DNA of 64,000 nucleotides, from contig CAVVMJ010000007.1 in the NCBI GenBank assembly GCA_963749445.1, positions 9,971-73,970 of the forward strand. The letters run 5' to 3'. Position 1 is the stretch's first letter; the number at the start of each line of letters is the position of its first letter. A program made the position numbers and the translations under genes. Shown piece by piece: positions 26,330-35,853 of this stretch. The notes beneath the pieces are model-generated. The model searched no databases. It was given only the letters and a program-made list of their open reading frames with translations, and had not been told where the DNA came from. This DNA comes from an uncultured bacterium (GTDB taxonomy: Bacteria > Patescibacteriota > Doudnabacteria > UBA920).

Positions 26330-27091
26330 ATGGAAATAAAGGAAATCTGCGAAGCGTACTCCGCGAGTGATGACGTCGCGTTGTTGAAAGCTTTGAACGA
26401 ATTCAGCCTTCGGCTGTCTTATTCTTGCCATTCGATTGGGCCAGCCGCCACGGCAATGCAGTTGCGCGAAACTCATCTGCTTGGGATCTTAAACAAGACC
26501 GCGGCTGAGGCAGAAGATAAGCCGGGGGGGTCTTTAGCTTTGGTAGTTGGACGCCTCTCCGCTTACATCCATTTTGTTGGACTAATCGCTGACCGTGAGC
26601 GTGTAGATTCGGTGGTCGCCCAGCTGTCTGATCTCCCTAACGCCGACTTGACTAACTTTTTCCTCAGAAATAGCTTCTGCCAAGGAGGACTGCGTCGTGA
26701 ACAGTTAGTTTACGCAGCCGCACGCTTTATCAAAGTCAAGGACGTTTTGGCGAGGTCTCGGTTCAGGCAACTTTTACGGATGGAGATGATTGAGTCATTC
26801 AAGGTGTACGAGACGCTGGAGGCGCAAGCGGAGGATCGGGCAGTGTTGCATTACAAGATAACCCATCTTGGCGAGGCAGTCCTGGAGCGCCTCATGCACC
26901 CGCACGAACTTGCGCTGTGGTTTGTAGATGAAGCGGCGTTTAATCCAGAACTGCGCGCCGCGATGAGGAACGAGATTAAACACACGTGGCCACTGGAAGA
27001 CCTGACGGTGCCTGACGCGGAACTACGCGCCATAACCGCAAGGCGGGATGAGATTAAACGCAAATGGTCATCAGATGAGCCGTCCGTCTGA
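26330..27091 (+). CDS. hypothetical protein (SD-bearing orphan divergent from TrmB regulator)
   Basis: ATG 26330 has AGGAGG at 26315-26320. 253 aa, helical, with a possible wHTH-like stretch RFRQLLRMEMIESFKVYETLEAQAEDRAVLHYKITHLGEAVLERL. No family recognised. Confidence 0.55.
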   Translation: MEIKEICEAYSASDDVALLKALNEFSLRLSYSCHSIGPAATAMQLRETHLLGILNKTAAEAEDKPGGSLALVVGRLSAYIHFVGLIADRERVDSVVAQLSDLPNADLTNFFLRNSFCQGGLRREQLVYAAARFIKVKDVLARSRFRQLLRMEMIESFKVYETLEAQAEDRAVLHYKITHLGEAVLERLMHPHELALWFVDEAAFNPELRAAMRNEIKHTWPLEDLTVPDAELRAITARRDEIKRKWSSDEPSV

Positions 27092-27130
27092 ACGGAATTA
27101 GGTTGTCCTGTTCGACGGGACAACCATCTT

Positions 27131-27174
27131 AAAACTGCCGGTACGCGTACCACGCCCCGGCAGTTTTTCTTTTG
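27131..27174 (+). terminator. rho-independent terminator
   Basis: ACTGCCGG (27134-27141) pairs with CCGGCAGT (27157-27164), followed by TTTTTCTTTT. Confidence 0.7.
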
Positions 27175-27290
27175 GTATTTTCACCCCTCCCTAACCCTCC
27201 CCCTCCAGGGGAGGGGAATAAAGAACGAAAAATCCCGCTCCGAATGGGGCGGGATTCCTATATGCTAATTACTAAATGCTATCTGCTAAT

Positions 27291-27888
27291 TACAAGCCCT
27301 TAACTTTAACCTTCTTCGTCTTCGCCTTCGCGGCCTTGGGGATTATTACCGTCAATATCCCGTCCTTCAAATCCGCCTCTATCTGCTCGCTGTCAATGTC
27401 TACCGGAATTATGACCGAGCGGGAAAATTGCCCCAGTAGCATTCCTGGTAAAAATAATCGTCCTGAACAATGGCTTCCTCTTTTTTGCGCGCGCCACGGA
27501 TAGTCACCATGTCGTTGGCCACGGTGATGTCAATGTCCTCGGGTTTGACGCCGGCAATGGTGGACTTGATAATCACGTTGTCCTTGGTCTGGTACATGTC
27601 TATGTTCAGCTGCCCTTCAAAATCCGACATCCATTCCTCGCCGCCGTTATTGTTGGCCCCGGCCGGAGCCACAACCGCGGGCTTGGCCGCCGCCGGAATT
27701 TCCGTAACCTGCTCCTCTATTAACACAGTTTCCTGCTCGTCGTCGTCGTCGGCATCGGCACCCAGCTCTTCGGCCTCCACAGTTTGCTGCGCCATGCCCT
27801 GTGAAACGCGCGGCTGTTGGATGTCTTCATCTGTCACACTGCCCCCCATAATTTTCCCGAAAAACGAAGCTCTGTCTTTCTTGGCCAT
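27291..27888 (-). CDS. Hsp20/alpha-crystallin small heat-shock protein, interrupted by a 1-nt frameshift as sequenced
   Basis: The track ORF ends ...VTIRGARKKEEAIVQDDYFYQECYWGNFPARS*. A second frame continues QFSRSVIIPVDIDSEQIEADLKDGILTVIIPKAAKAKTKKVKVKGL* to stop 27291-27293. Shift near 27412-27425. Confidence 0.8.
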
Positions 27889-28169
27889 AGATTTATAATT
27901 ACTGATAATTGTTCTTTGCCTCCGCTTTTGTTTTAGTTCAAAATCTCAGATTTAGCTTATGCCTGTATAATAAAGCATTTGATTACATCCGTCAAACCCC
28001 CACACCAATTCCCCAAAACATCAGTTTGGTTGATAAACTGGGGTAGAATGGTGCTTTTTGAAAATTAAAATATAACCAAAATTGGTGCGGAGGCCAAACC
28101 CCATAAAACAATGTGCAACATCTGAGTATTAAAGCCACCGGAGTGGTGAAACTCCCGCAACTCTAAAAT

Positions 28170-28265
28170 GAATTTGCGAGGAGCCAGGGCTTTATCTGGC
28201 GACGAAGCAATCCCAAAATTTGAATGGGATTGCCGCGCCCCTCTCTGCATCGGGGCTCGCAAATT
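28170..28265. repeat. palindromic element, GAAATTGCGAGG family
   Basis: GAATTTGCGAGGAGCC...GGCGACGAAGCAATCCC...GGGATTGCCGCGCCCCTCTCTGCATCGGGGCTCGCAAATTC. Near-identical to 48538..48637. Confidence 0.8.
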
Positions 28266-28279
28266 CTGTTATTTGATAT

Positions 28280-29367
28280 TTAATTCCCGCCGGCCAAGTA
28301 CTGCGCCAAACTAGCGGCTGCGGAAGGGTAAGCAAGCAGCTGATGAGCGGCCGGATTATTTTCCAAAGACTGCCGAAAGTCACCGGCATCCAGCTCCTGC
28401 CTGATTTGTTGCAAAACATCTTTGGCCTCGGGCATAATCAAACGTTGCCTTCGCAAATATTCCAAATTCAACTTTTCCTGGCCGGGCAGCATAGAAGTTA
28501 TAATCATCGGTAAACCAAAACGCAAAGCTTCGGACGTGGACAGGCCGCCGGGCTTGGTTAAAAAAATATCCGCGATGGCGTAAAGCTCATCCATGGGTTG
28601 ATAAAAGCCGACTACGGAAATGTTGGCATGATGATGCCGCCCCGATAATTTTTCGCGGATGATTTGATTATTGCCGCAAACCACTATGGTATGCCAATTT
28701 GGGCGCGCGGATAATTGGGCTAGCAGACGATTATTAAGGCCTATGCCGAGTGAACCGCTACCTAACACTATAACTTTTTGATTATCGCTGATGTTAAACT
28801 TGGCGCGCACCGCCTGTTTATCAACGGCTAAAGGCGTGGACAAATTGAATCCGGTGACAAAGATTTTATTTGCCGATATACCCGCGTTAACCATTTGCTG
28901 TTTTTGCTCCTCGATGTTCACCAAATAAAAATCCGCCTGACGATAAAGCCAATACGGATGCAAATGGTAATCACTAAAGGCAATACCAAATGGATTTTTG
29001 TAATATCCTTTCTTCTTTAAATACGCAATGACTGCCGAAGCCGCGGTCTGGGTAGTAATAATAATATCGGGCTGATATTCATCAACCAAAACCTTGGCGC
29101 TTTTATAATTAAACCCCGCAATGTATACGCGGAAAGGCAAAATTAGATAATGCCCAAAACGGTAAATAAAGCCCCAGACAAACGGCAAGTACTTATTGAT
29201 AAACTGATGAATGCCAACGACGATCTGTTCAAATTTACCCTTTTGCACAGCGCCGATATCGGCCAATTTAACCTCAAACCCGCCCTCTCTTAAAGACCGG
29301 CCGATGTTTTCAGCAATGGTCTTGTGTCCAGGCCTACTGAAGTGTGTACAATTAAAATTCTTTTCAT
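28280..29367 (-). CDS. GT28-family glycosyltransferase (MGDG synthase/UgtP-like), N-terminal frameshift as sequenced
   Basis: The track ORF starts at ...KLADIGAVQKG. Upstream, ATG 29367 gives MKRILIVHTSVG, then another frame gives PGHKTIAENIGRSLREGGFEVKLADIG. Shift near 29323-29336. C-terminal FLTKPGGLSTSEAL motif. Confidence 0.7.
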
Positions 29368-29372
29368 AATCT

Positions 29373-29473
29373 CTACTAAATACTAAAGAATACGAAAGGT
29401 ACTAAATACGAAACTTAATGGCATGCTGATAGTTTCGTACATTTTAGTATTTCGTATCTTTAGTATTTAGTAG
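29373..29473. terminator. about 40-bp imperfect hairpin built from ACTAAAT/ACGAAA words
   Basis: CTACTAAATACTAAAGAATACGAAAGGTACTAAATACGAAACT faces AGTTTCGTACATTTTAGTATTTCGTATCTTTAGTATTTAGTAG. Lies downstream of the SH3 gene on the minus strand. Confidence 0.5.
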
Positions 29474-29536
29474 AAAAACAAGTCCCATCCCGACCAACCG
29501 GCCAAGACGGGACATATCAAACTTTATATTAAATTC

Positions 29537-30403
29537 CTATTTCACGACCTGAACATACTGCCCCGTGACCCAGCCCTGGCTGCCGTCTGAAAGTGTAATG
29601 TAATACCAGCCGTTCTTGGTTTGGGTGTAAGTATAAATTTCGCCGGGATGGACTTTAGTCAAAAGTTTGCCCGAAGTGGAAGGCGCGTTTCTGACGTTGA
29701 GGTAGCCGGTCGGGGTATTGCTGATTTTTACCTGAGTGAGGTTAGCAACAGGGGTGGAAGTCGGGACCACGACAGGAGTTGAGGTCGCGGCCGGAACAGT
29801 TACAGGAGAAGGGGTCGCCGCAACGGGATTTTGCGGGGCCTGATTGACCGGAACATTGGGCCGTTGGGGAAACAGGCTGAAATTCTGGCCGGCATTGCCG
29901 CCGCTTTTATTGTTGTACCAAAGCAGCAGGCCGAAAACCAGGCATACGGCCAGCAGGGAAATCAACAGGCTCCAGCCGATTTTGCGGACCGAAGAAGACT
30001 TGGTCGGCAGGCTGATTTTTTGGGAAGTGGACGGGGTGGGAAAAATTTTTGGCTTGGCCGCGGGCACGCCCGTAAACGAAGGCGAAGCCGGCTCTTCTAT
30101 GAGCTGTTTTTCTGAATTGGTGAGGGTAATCTTTGGCGGCACCACAATGCTTTGCCCCTGCATCGCGCCGGCAGGCACAGGTTCCGGCTGGATCGGAGCC
30201 GGAGCCAGCGACACAGGCGCCGGCTCGCCGCCAACAGGCGTATTAATGCCTTCCACTAATGGCTTCGGGCTTTTCCGCGCACGGGCCGGCTTAATATCGC
30301 CGGTATCGGTCGGCCTTTGCGGCACTTTATCAACTTCGGGGATCAAATCGCTTGCCGAAGCGGTCGGCTGGACGGGGAAGTCATTTTTTTTGTCTAGAAC
30401 CAT
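29537..30403 (-). CDS. membrane-anchored Pro-rich protein with C-terminal SH3b domain
   Basis: TM IGWSLLISLLAVCLVFGLLLW. C-terminal GYLNVRNAPSTSGKLLTKVHPGEIYTYTQTKNGWYYITLSDGSQGWVTGQYV (bacterial SH3). Confidence 0.7.
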   Translation of the reverse strand: MVLDKKNDFPVQPTASASDLIPEVDKVPQRPTDTGDIKPARARKSPKPLVEGINTPVGGEPAPVSLAPAPIQPEPVPAGAMQGQSIVVPPKITLTNSEKQLIEEPASPSFTGVPAAKPKIFPTPSTSQKISLPTKSSSVRKIGWSLLISLLAVCLVFGLLLWYNNKSGGNAGQNFSLFPQRPNVPVNQAPQNPVAATPSPVTVPAATSTPVVVPTSTPVANLTQVKISNTPTGYLNVRNAPSTSGKLLTKVHPGEIYTYTQTKNGWYYITLSDGSQGWVTGQYVQVVK

Positions 30404-30490
30404 AAAAAGTAATGCTAAAATTTAACGTTGGATAAATCCATTATACCACCTTTTTAAAAAATGTTTAAATTTTGTCAAACTGGTTTGATT

Positions 30491-31108
30491 TTATCCAACT
30501 TTCGCCACGACCCGGCAGGGTGCCGCGTCGGTCGCAAGCTTCATCGGCAGGGCGACAACCTCAAAATTTGGATGGCCGATGAGGGCTGCCAGGTTAATCA
30601 GGTTTTCAATAATTAAAATATCGCGCCCAAACAAAATTTTGTGTGTGCTGTAAGGAGCGCGGTCGGGGCTTGGCGTGTCCAACCCGACTATCGAGGCACC
30701 GGATTCAGCCAACTTTTTGGCAAAGCCCTCACTAAGTTCGGGATAGTTTTGGTAATATTCCTCTTCCTGGAATTCGCTGGACCAGCCAAAACAAACAAGG
30801 ACAATGTCACCGCGATGAATATCAACATGGGATAACAAATTTTCTCCAGCCGATGTCTTTCCCCGAGCGTCGATGATGATGCCGCGGCCAAAAAACTTTT
30901 CGGACGGATAATCGGACAACATTTTCCCGCCGGAGAGCATATGCGCCGGCCCTTCCATATGCGTACCCACATGCATGCCGGTTTTAAGTTCGTAGTCAAC
31001 AAACCCGTCTTTGCCTATATCAGCAATCCGGTGAAGCGCCGGCGCGGGATCGCCCGGATATACCGGCGCCTGATCGGTAAAAATATGGGTTAAATCAGTG
31101 TATTTCAT
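30491..31108 (-). CDS. cyclase-family protein (kynurenine formamidase-like)
   Basis: MKYTDLTHIFTDQAPVYPGDP...GMHVGTHMEGPAHM, a cyclase-family HxGTHxDxPxH-like motif. Confidence 0.7.
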   Translation of the reverse strand: MKYTDLTHIFTDQAPVYPGDPAPALHRIADIGKDGFVDYELKTGMHVGTHMEGPAHMLSGGKMLSDYPSEKFFGRGIIIDARGKTSAGENLLSHVDIHRGDIVLVCFGWSSEFQEEEYYQNYPELSEGFAKKLAESGASIVGLDTPSPDRAPYSTHKILFGRDILIIENLINLAALIGHPNFEVVALPMKLATDAAPCRVVAKVG

Positions 31109-32411
31109 TTTTGTTCAAAAGCAAATCTTTTAATTCTTTGTAATCATTTTTTATTATAACCAATCTCTTTTGCTTTTTCATTGCCGCCCGGAGCTGTTTA
31201 GGCAAAACAAGCTTGCGATGAATTACGGGCTCCACAATTTCCCTGAATTTGGCCGGATGGGCTGTGGCAAGCACGACCAGCGGATGAATGTCTTCCGATG
31301 ACTCCCTATATCGTAACGCCGCGGTGATTCCCACGGCCGTATGCGGGTCGCAAACATAACCGGTTTGTTCATAAATCTTTTTTATAGTTTTTCGCGTCTC
31401 GGTATCGCTTATGCCGATTCCAACAATGTCCTTGCCCATCTTCCTATAATCGTTACCATACAATTCCAACATACGGACAAAATTACTTGGATTGCCCACA
31501 TCCATGGCATTGGATATGGTCTTTTTGGATTTTTTTGGATTAAAATCGCCCGTACGCAAGTATTTTGGCACACTATCGTTAATATTAGTAGCGGCGATAA
31601 ATTTGTAAACCGGCAAACCCATTTTTTTGGCAATTAAGCCTGAGGTTAAATTGCCAAAGTTGCCGCTTGGCACAACAAAAATCGGCGGCTGATTTATCCC
31701 TTGCCTTCTAAGTTGCCCCGTCGCCCAAAAATAATAGAACGATTGTGGCAATAACCGGCCAAAATTTATTGAATTTGCCGAAGAAAAAACCATAATCTTG
31801 CTTAAACTCGCGTCTAATAAAACCTGCTTAGCCAATTTTTGGCAATCGTCAAAACTGCCCTTAACTTCAATTGCCGTAATATTGTGTCCGTAAGTTGTCA
31901 GTTGCTTTTCCTGAAGTGGACTGACCTTGCCGCTCGGGTAGAGAATAAATACCCCGATGTTTGGCACTTTAAAAAATCCGCCGGCCACCGCGCTGCCGGT
32001 ATCTCCGGAGGTGGCCACGATAATATTTAAAATTTGGTTTTGATTTTTTAAAAAATAACCCAAAGCGCGGGCCAATAACCTTGCGCCGAAATCTTTAAAA
32101 GCCATGGTCGGGCCATGGAATAATTCCAGCACGAACAAATTGGAACCTATCTGTCTTAAAGGAACTGGAAAATTAAAAGCATCCCTAATGATTGCCTTTA
32201 ACTTTTTTTCGGGGATTTCTTTTATAAAATTCCCGGCAACGGCAAAGGCAATTTGCTTAAAACTTAAACTGTCCAAATCCGCAAAAAAATCCCGCGGTAG
32301 CCTCGCCCAGCGGTCAGGCATAAAAAGGCCCCCGTCGGGAGCCAAACCTTTCTGTAAAACTTCGGGCAAACTAAAATTTTTTGACTTTTTATTGGTGCTG
32401 TGAAATTTCAT
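31095..32411 (-). CDS. thrC: threonine synthase
   Basis: PLP-lysine motif HGPTMAFKDFGARLLA, plus ATSGDTGSAVA. 438 aa. Confidence 0.85.
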   Translation of the reverse strand: MKFHSTNKKSKNFSLPEVLQKGLAPDGGLFMPDRWARLPRDFFADLDSLSFKQIAFAVAGNFIKEIPEKKLKAIIRDAFNFPVPLRQIGSNLFVLELFHGPTMAFKDFGARLLARALGYFLKNQNQILNIIVATSGDTGSAVAGGFFKVPNIGVFILYPSGKVSPLQEKQLTTYGHNITAIEVKGSFDDCQKLAKQVLLDASLSKIMVFSSANSINFGRLLPQSFYYFWATGQLRRQGINQPPIFVVPSGNFGNLTSGLIAKKMGLPVYKFIAATNINDSVPKYLRTGDFNPKKSKKTISNAMDVGNPSNFVRMLELYGNDYRKMGKDIVGIGISDTETRKTIKKIYEQTGYVCDPHTAVGITAALRYRESSEDIHPLVVLATAHPAKFREIVEPVIHRKLVLPKQLRAAMKKQKRLVIIKNDYKELKDLLLNKNEIH

Positions 32412-32938
32412 ATATTTTTAAGCGTAAAGTTTATTCCCGCTGCCCGCAAGCCGGCAATAACTTTCTCGGCCATCTCTTGCTTGGTCTGCTCCGCGGAATC
32501 AAAAATGTAATCCGCATATTTTTCGTACAAAACCGCCCGCTCCGCCATCAATTTTGGCAGTCCTTTTCCTTCCAACCCGATGATGCCGTTTTTGTACAAG
32601 CGCTCTCCCAGACGTTTTTCCACAATCCCCGGAGTGGTCCTTAAATAAACAACCAGGGAATCCCGCTTGATTCTTTCCATGGCCCGCTCCGCGTAAACCA
32701 TGCTGCCGGGCGGGGCAAAAACGGCATTTTGCAAATCCAGCGACATAGCGTATTGCTCTTCCAACTGGCTTAAAGACTGTTCTCCGTTGCGCTTCATATA
32801 TTCATGGTGGCTAATGCCCTGCCTTTCCAGAATAATTTTGTCCAAATCCCAAAATTGCCAACCCAAAAGTTCAGCCATAGACCTGCCCACGGCGGATTTG
32901 CCCGCTCCGGCCATGCCGATTAAAGTTATGCCGTTCAT
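32408..32938 (-). CDS. aroK: shikimate kinase-like P-loop kinase
   Basis: ITLIGMAGAGKSAVGRSMAELLGWQFWDLDKIILERQG. ATGA overlap with the thrC start. Confidence 0.7.
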   Translation of the reverse strand: MNGITLIGMAGAGKSAVGRSMAELLGWQFWDLDKIILERQGISHHEYMKRNGEQSLSQLEEQYAMSLDLQNAVFAPPGSMVYAERAMERIKRDSLVVYLRTTPGIVEKRLGERLYKNGIIGLEGKGLPKLMAERAVLYEKYADYIFDSAEQTKQEMAEKVIAGLRAAGINFTLKNI

Positions 32939-32947
32939 GAATGAGCC

Positions 32948-34267
32948 TTAACTTATTTTTACCAATTTATCAAATTCCTTATTGGTCAGCCATTCTTTCT
33001 CCAGCACCACCTCGCGCAAAGTTTTGCCCAAAGCCAGCGATTCTTTTACGGCTAAAGCGGCGTTGTCGTAGCCGATTTTCGGGGAAAGCAGCGTGGCAAA
33101 AGCCGTGGAATTTTCCAAATGCTTTTTGCAGTTTTCGCGGTTGGCTTTCAGCGTCTTTATGCAGGATCGGGTGAATTTGTCCAGGACTTCCGCGGACAGG
33201 GTCAGGCTCTGCAGCAAACGGTCGGCCAAAATGGGGAACATTACCCCCAGCTCAAGCTGGGCCGCATGCGCCGCGTGCTCAATGCTTAAATTATTGCCGG
33301 AAATCAGGTAGTAAAATTGGTTCACGGTTTCCGGCAAAATCGGGTTGATCTTGCCCGGCATTATGGAAGAGCCTTTTTGCAGCTCTTGGAGTTTTATTTC
33401 GCCCAATCCCCCGCGCGGGCCGCTGGCCAGCAGGCGCAAATCACTGGCAATTTTGGAACAGTCAACCATCAGGGCCGTCACGGCCTGCGATATCGCCAAA
33501 AAATCGGTCTGGCTGGAAGTTTGGGACATTAAATTTTTGGCCGGATGGAATTTTTGGCCCGTAATTTTATTGAGCTCGCGGTAAACCGCCCGAATGTATT
33601 TCGGACTGGCATTCAGCGAATTGCCAATGGCCGTGCCGCCCAGGTTCAATTCCTGGCAATAAGCGACCACGCGGTTTATTTTTTCCTGGTGCCATTTGAC
33701 AATGGCGGCATAAGACGCGAATTCCGCGCCCAATGTGGTGGGGATTGCGTCCTGCAAATGCGTCCGCGCCAGTTTTTGGATATTTTTATACTGGCGCGAC
33801 TTTTGTTCCAGGACTTCCACCATATGGCCCAAGACCTGCTGCAAATTTTGGGTCAGGCCGATGGAAGCGATTTTTATGGCCGACGGGTTGGCATCGTTGG
33901 TGGACATACTGCAGTTAACGTGGTCGTTGGGATGGACCGTAACGTTTTTGCCGGCTTTCGCCAGAATCTCCGTAGCCCGCCCGGCCAGAACTTCGTTGAC
34001 ATTCATGTTAATGGACGTGCCTGCCCCTCCCTGCAAAGCCGGCAAAGGGAACTGGCCGTCTAACCTGCCGGCCAGGACTTCATCGGCCGCCTTGACAATG
34101 GCGTCGCTGATGTCGCGGTGGAAATTTCCGGCTTCGTGGTTGGCTATGGCGGCGGAACGCTTAATCTTCGCCAAGGCGGCAATAAATTCCTTGTGCACTT
34201 TGTACACATGGAACGGAAAATTTTTTATGGCTTTTTGCGTTTGCGCGCCGAAGTATTGTTTGGTCAT
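32948..34267 (-). CDS. class II fumarate hydratase / aspartate ammonia-lyase family enzyme
   Basis: Fumarate-lyase signature GSSIMPGKINP, plus GGAGTSINMNVNEV. I cannot separate AspA from FumC by eye. Confidence 0.8.
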   Translation of the reverse strand: MTKQYFGAQTQKAIKNFPFHVYKVHKEFIAALAKIKRSAAIANHEAGNFHRDISDAIVKAADEVLAGRLDGQFPLPALQGGAGTSINMNVNEVLAGRATEILAKAGKNVTVHPNDHVNCSMSTNDANPSAIKIASIGLTQNLQQVLGHMVEVLEQKSRQYKNIQKLARTHLQDAIPTTLGAEFASYAAIVKWHQEKINRVVAYCQELNLGGTAIGNSLNASPKYIRAVYRELNKITGQKFHPAKNLMSQTSSQTDFLAISQAVTALMVDCSKIASDLRLLASGPRGGLGEIKLQELQKGSSIMPGKINPILPETVNQFYYLISGNNLSIEHAAHAAQLELGVMFPILADRLLQSLTLSAEVLDKFTRSCIKTLKANRENCKKHLENSTAFATLLSPKIGYDNAALAVKESLALGKTLREVVLEKEWLTNKEFDKLVKIS

Positions 34268-34323
34268 AAAATAGAGGTTAAATATCTGACTTAACTATAC
34301 TCTTTTTGAGATTGGGATTCAAG

Positions 34324-34483
34324 GATTATTTGCGGAGCATCCCCTCCTATCTTAAGCTCTTTATTAGCACATAGGAGGGGTGTCCCGACTTGTCGGGACG
34401 GGGTGGTATCGTCATAATTTTCTACCACCTCCCCCGCCTGCGGCGGGTACTCCTCCTATAATAGGAGGAGGGGCTCCGCGGTT
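34324..34483. repeat. composite GC-rich palindromic block bounded by GCGGAGC...GCTCCGCGGTT
   Basis: Contains CCCCTCCTAT...ATAGGAGGGG, GTCCCGACTTGTCGGGAC, CCGCCTGCGGCGG and CTCCTCC-TATAATA-GGAGGAG, then GGGCTCCGCGGTT. The same tail occurs at 55112-55124 and 60274-60286. Confidence 0.65.
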
Positions 34484-34548
34484 GTCCTTTAATACAGTCA
34501 CCGCCGAAACCTTGGTGTAGATGGATGGCCGAACCGATAATCCATAAG

Positions 34549-35707
34549 CTATACCATCGCCCTCGCCACCGCTGCCACCGCGGATTTATCCAAAGGGCTC
34601 GGAATAATGTTTGCCGGATTTAGTTTGGTTACGCAACCCGCCAGGTTTTTGGCCGCCCTAATGAGCATCGGCTGGGTAATTTGTTTTATCTGATTGTCCA
34701 GCGCGCCGCGGAAGATTCCCGGAAAAACCAAAACATTGTTAATCTGGTTGGGAAAGTCCGACCGGCCCGTGGCCACAATAAAAGCTCCGGCCCGCTTGGC
34801 CGAAACGGGATTTATTTCCGGATCCGGATTGGCCATGGCAAAAATTACCGGGTCTTTGGCCATGCTTTTAACCATCCGCTGGCTTAAAATATTCGGCGCG
34901 CTCACGCCAATGAAAACATCGGCTGATTTTAAAGCGCCTGATAAATCCCCGGCAATTTTACAGCCGGTCAGTCTTGCCAGCTGGCGTTTGTGCCAGTTCA
35001 AGTCTTTGCGATGACGGCCGATGATTCCCCTACTATCACATACGATAACATGCCGGAAACCGTATTTCATCAGCAATACGGTAATGGCCGTGCCTGCCGC
35101 GCCTGCACCGCAGATGACCACTTTGGTTTTTCCAGCGGTCTGACGTTTTAGCTTTAGCGCGTTAATCAGCCCGGCCAAAACCACCACGGCCGTGCCGTGC
35201 TGGTCATCGTGCATCACCGGTATATCCAGTTCCGCTTTGAGCCGCCGCTCTATTTCAAAACAGTGCGGCGCCGAAATATCCTCCAAGCTTATGCCGCCAA
35301 ACGCCGGCGTGATATTTTTGATGGTGCTGATAACGGCTTCGGTATCCTGCGTGTCTAGGCAAATGGGGACAGGCGTCAACTCCAGCCAACCGTTTAAATA
35401 AAACACACTTGCCTTCCATAACCGGCAACGCCGCCAAAGGCCCCAAATTCCCCAATCCCAAAACCGCGCTGCCGTCTGTCACCACGGCTACGGTATTTTT
35501 TTTGATGGTATAAATTTTGGCCAGAGATTTATCTTGAAAGATTTTTTGGCAGACATCGGCCACGCCCGGGGTATAAGCCAAAGAAAGATCCCTACGGTTT
35601 CGCAGGGGTATTTTGCTTTTTATTTCCAGTTTCCCGCCGTGCTTTTTGTGCAGGGCTAAAGATTGTTTGCCGAGGTCGTTCATTTTTTTTATCAACACCG
35701 TGCTCAT
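34549..35707 (-). CDS. NAD(P)-dependent malic enzyme, interrupted by a 1-nt frameshift as sequenced
   Basis: The N-terminal part ends ...PVMEGKCVLFKRLAGVDA, then goes out of frame. The C-terminal part resumes VPICLDTQDTEAVISTIKNITPAFGGISLEDISAPHCFEIERRL. Extra nt near 35368-35375. Confidence 0.85.
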
Positions 35708-35853
35708 TTATGGATAACCGATGATAATCGTGTGTTTCCTTCTCCCCTGCCTGTCCGCCAAAGCCTTGGCGACGGCGGGGCGAGGGGAGATGCCCACACC
35801 CGGACTCACGAGGGGCAGAGAGGTCGAACGGATGACAATCCTAAACGATACCA

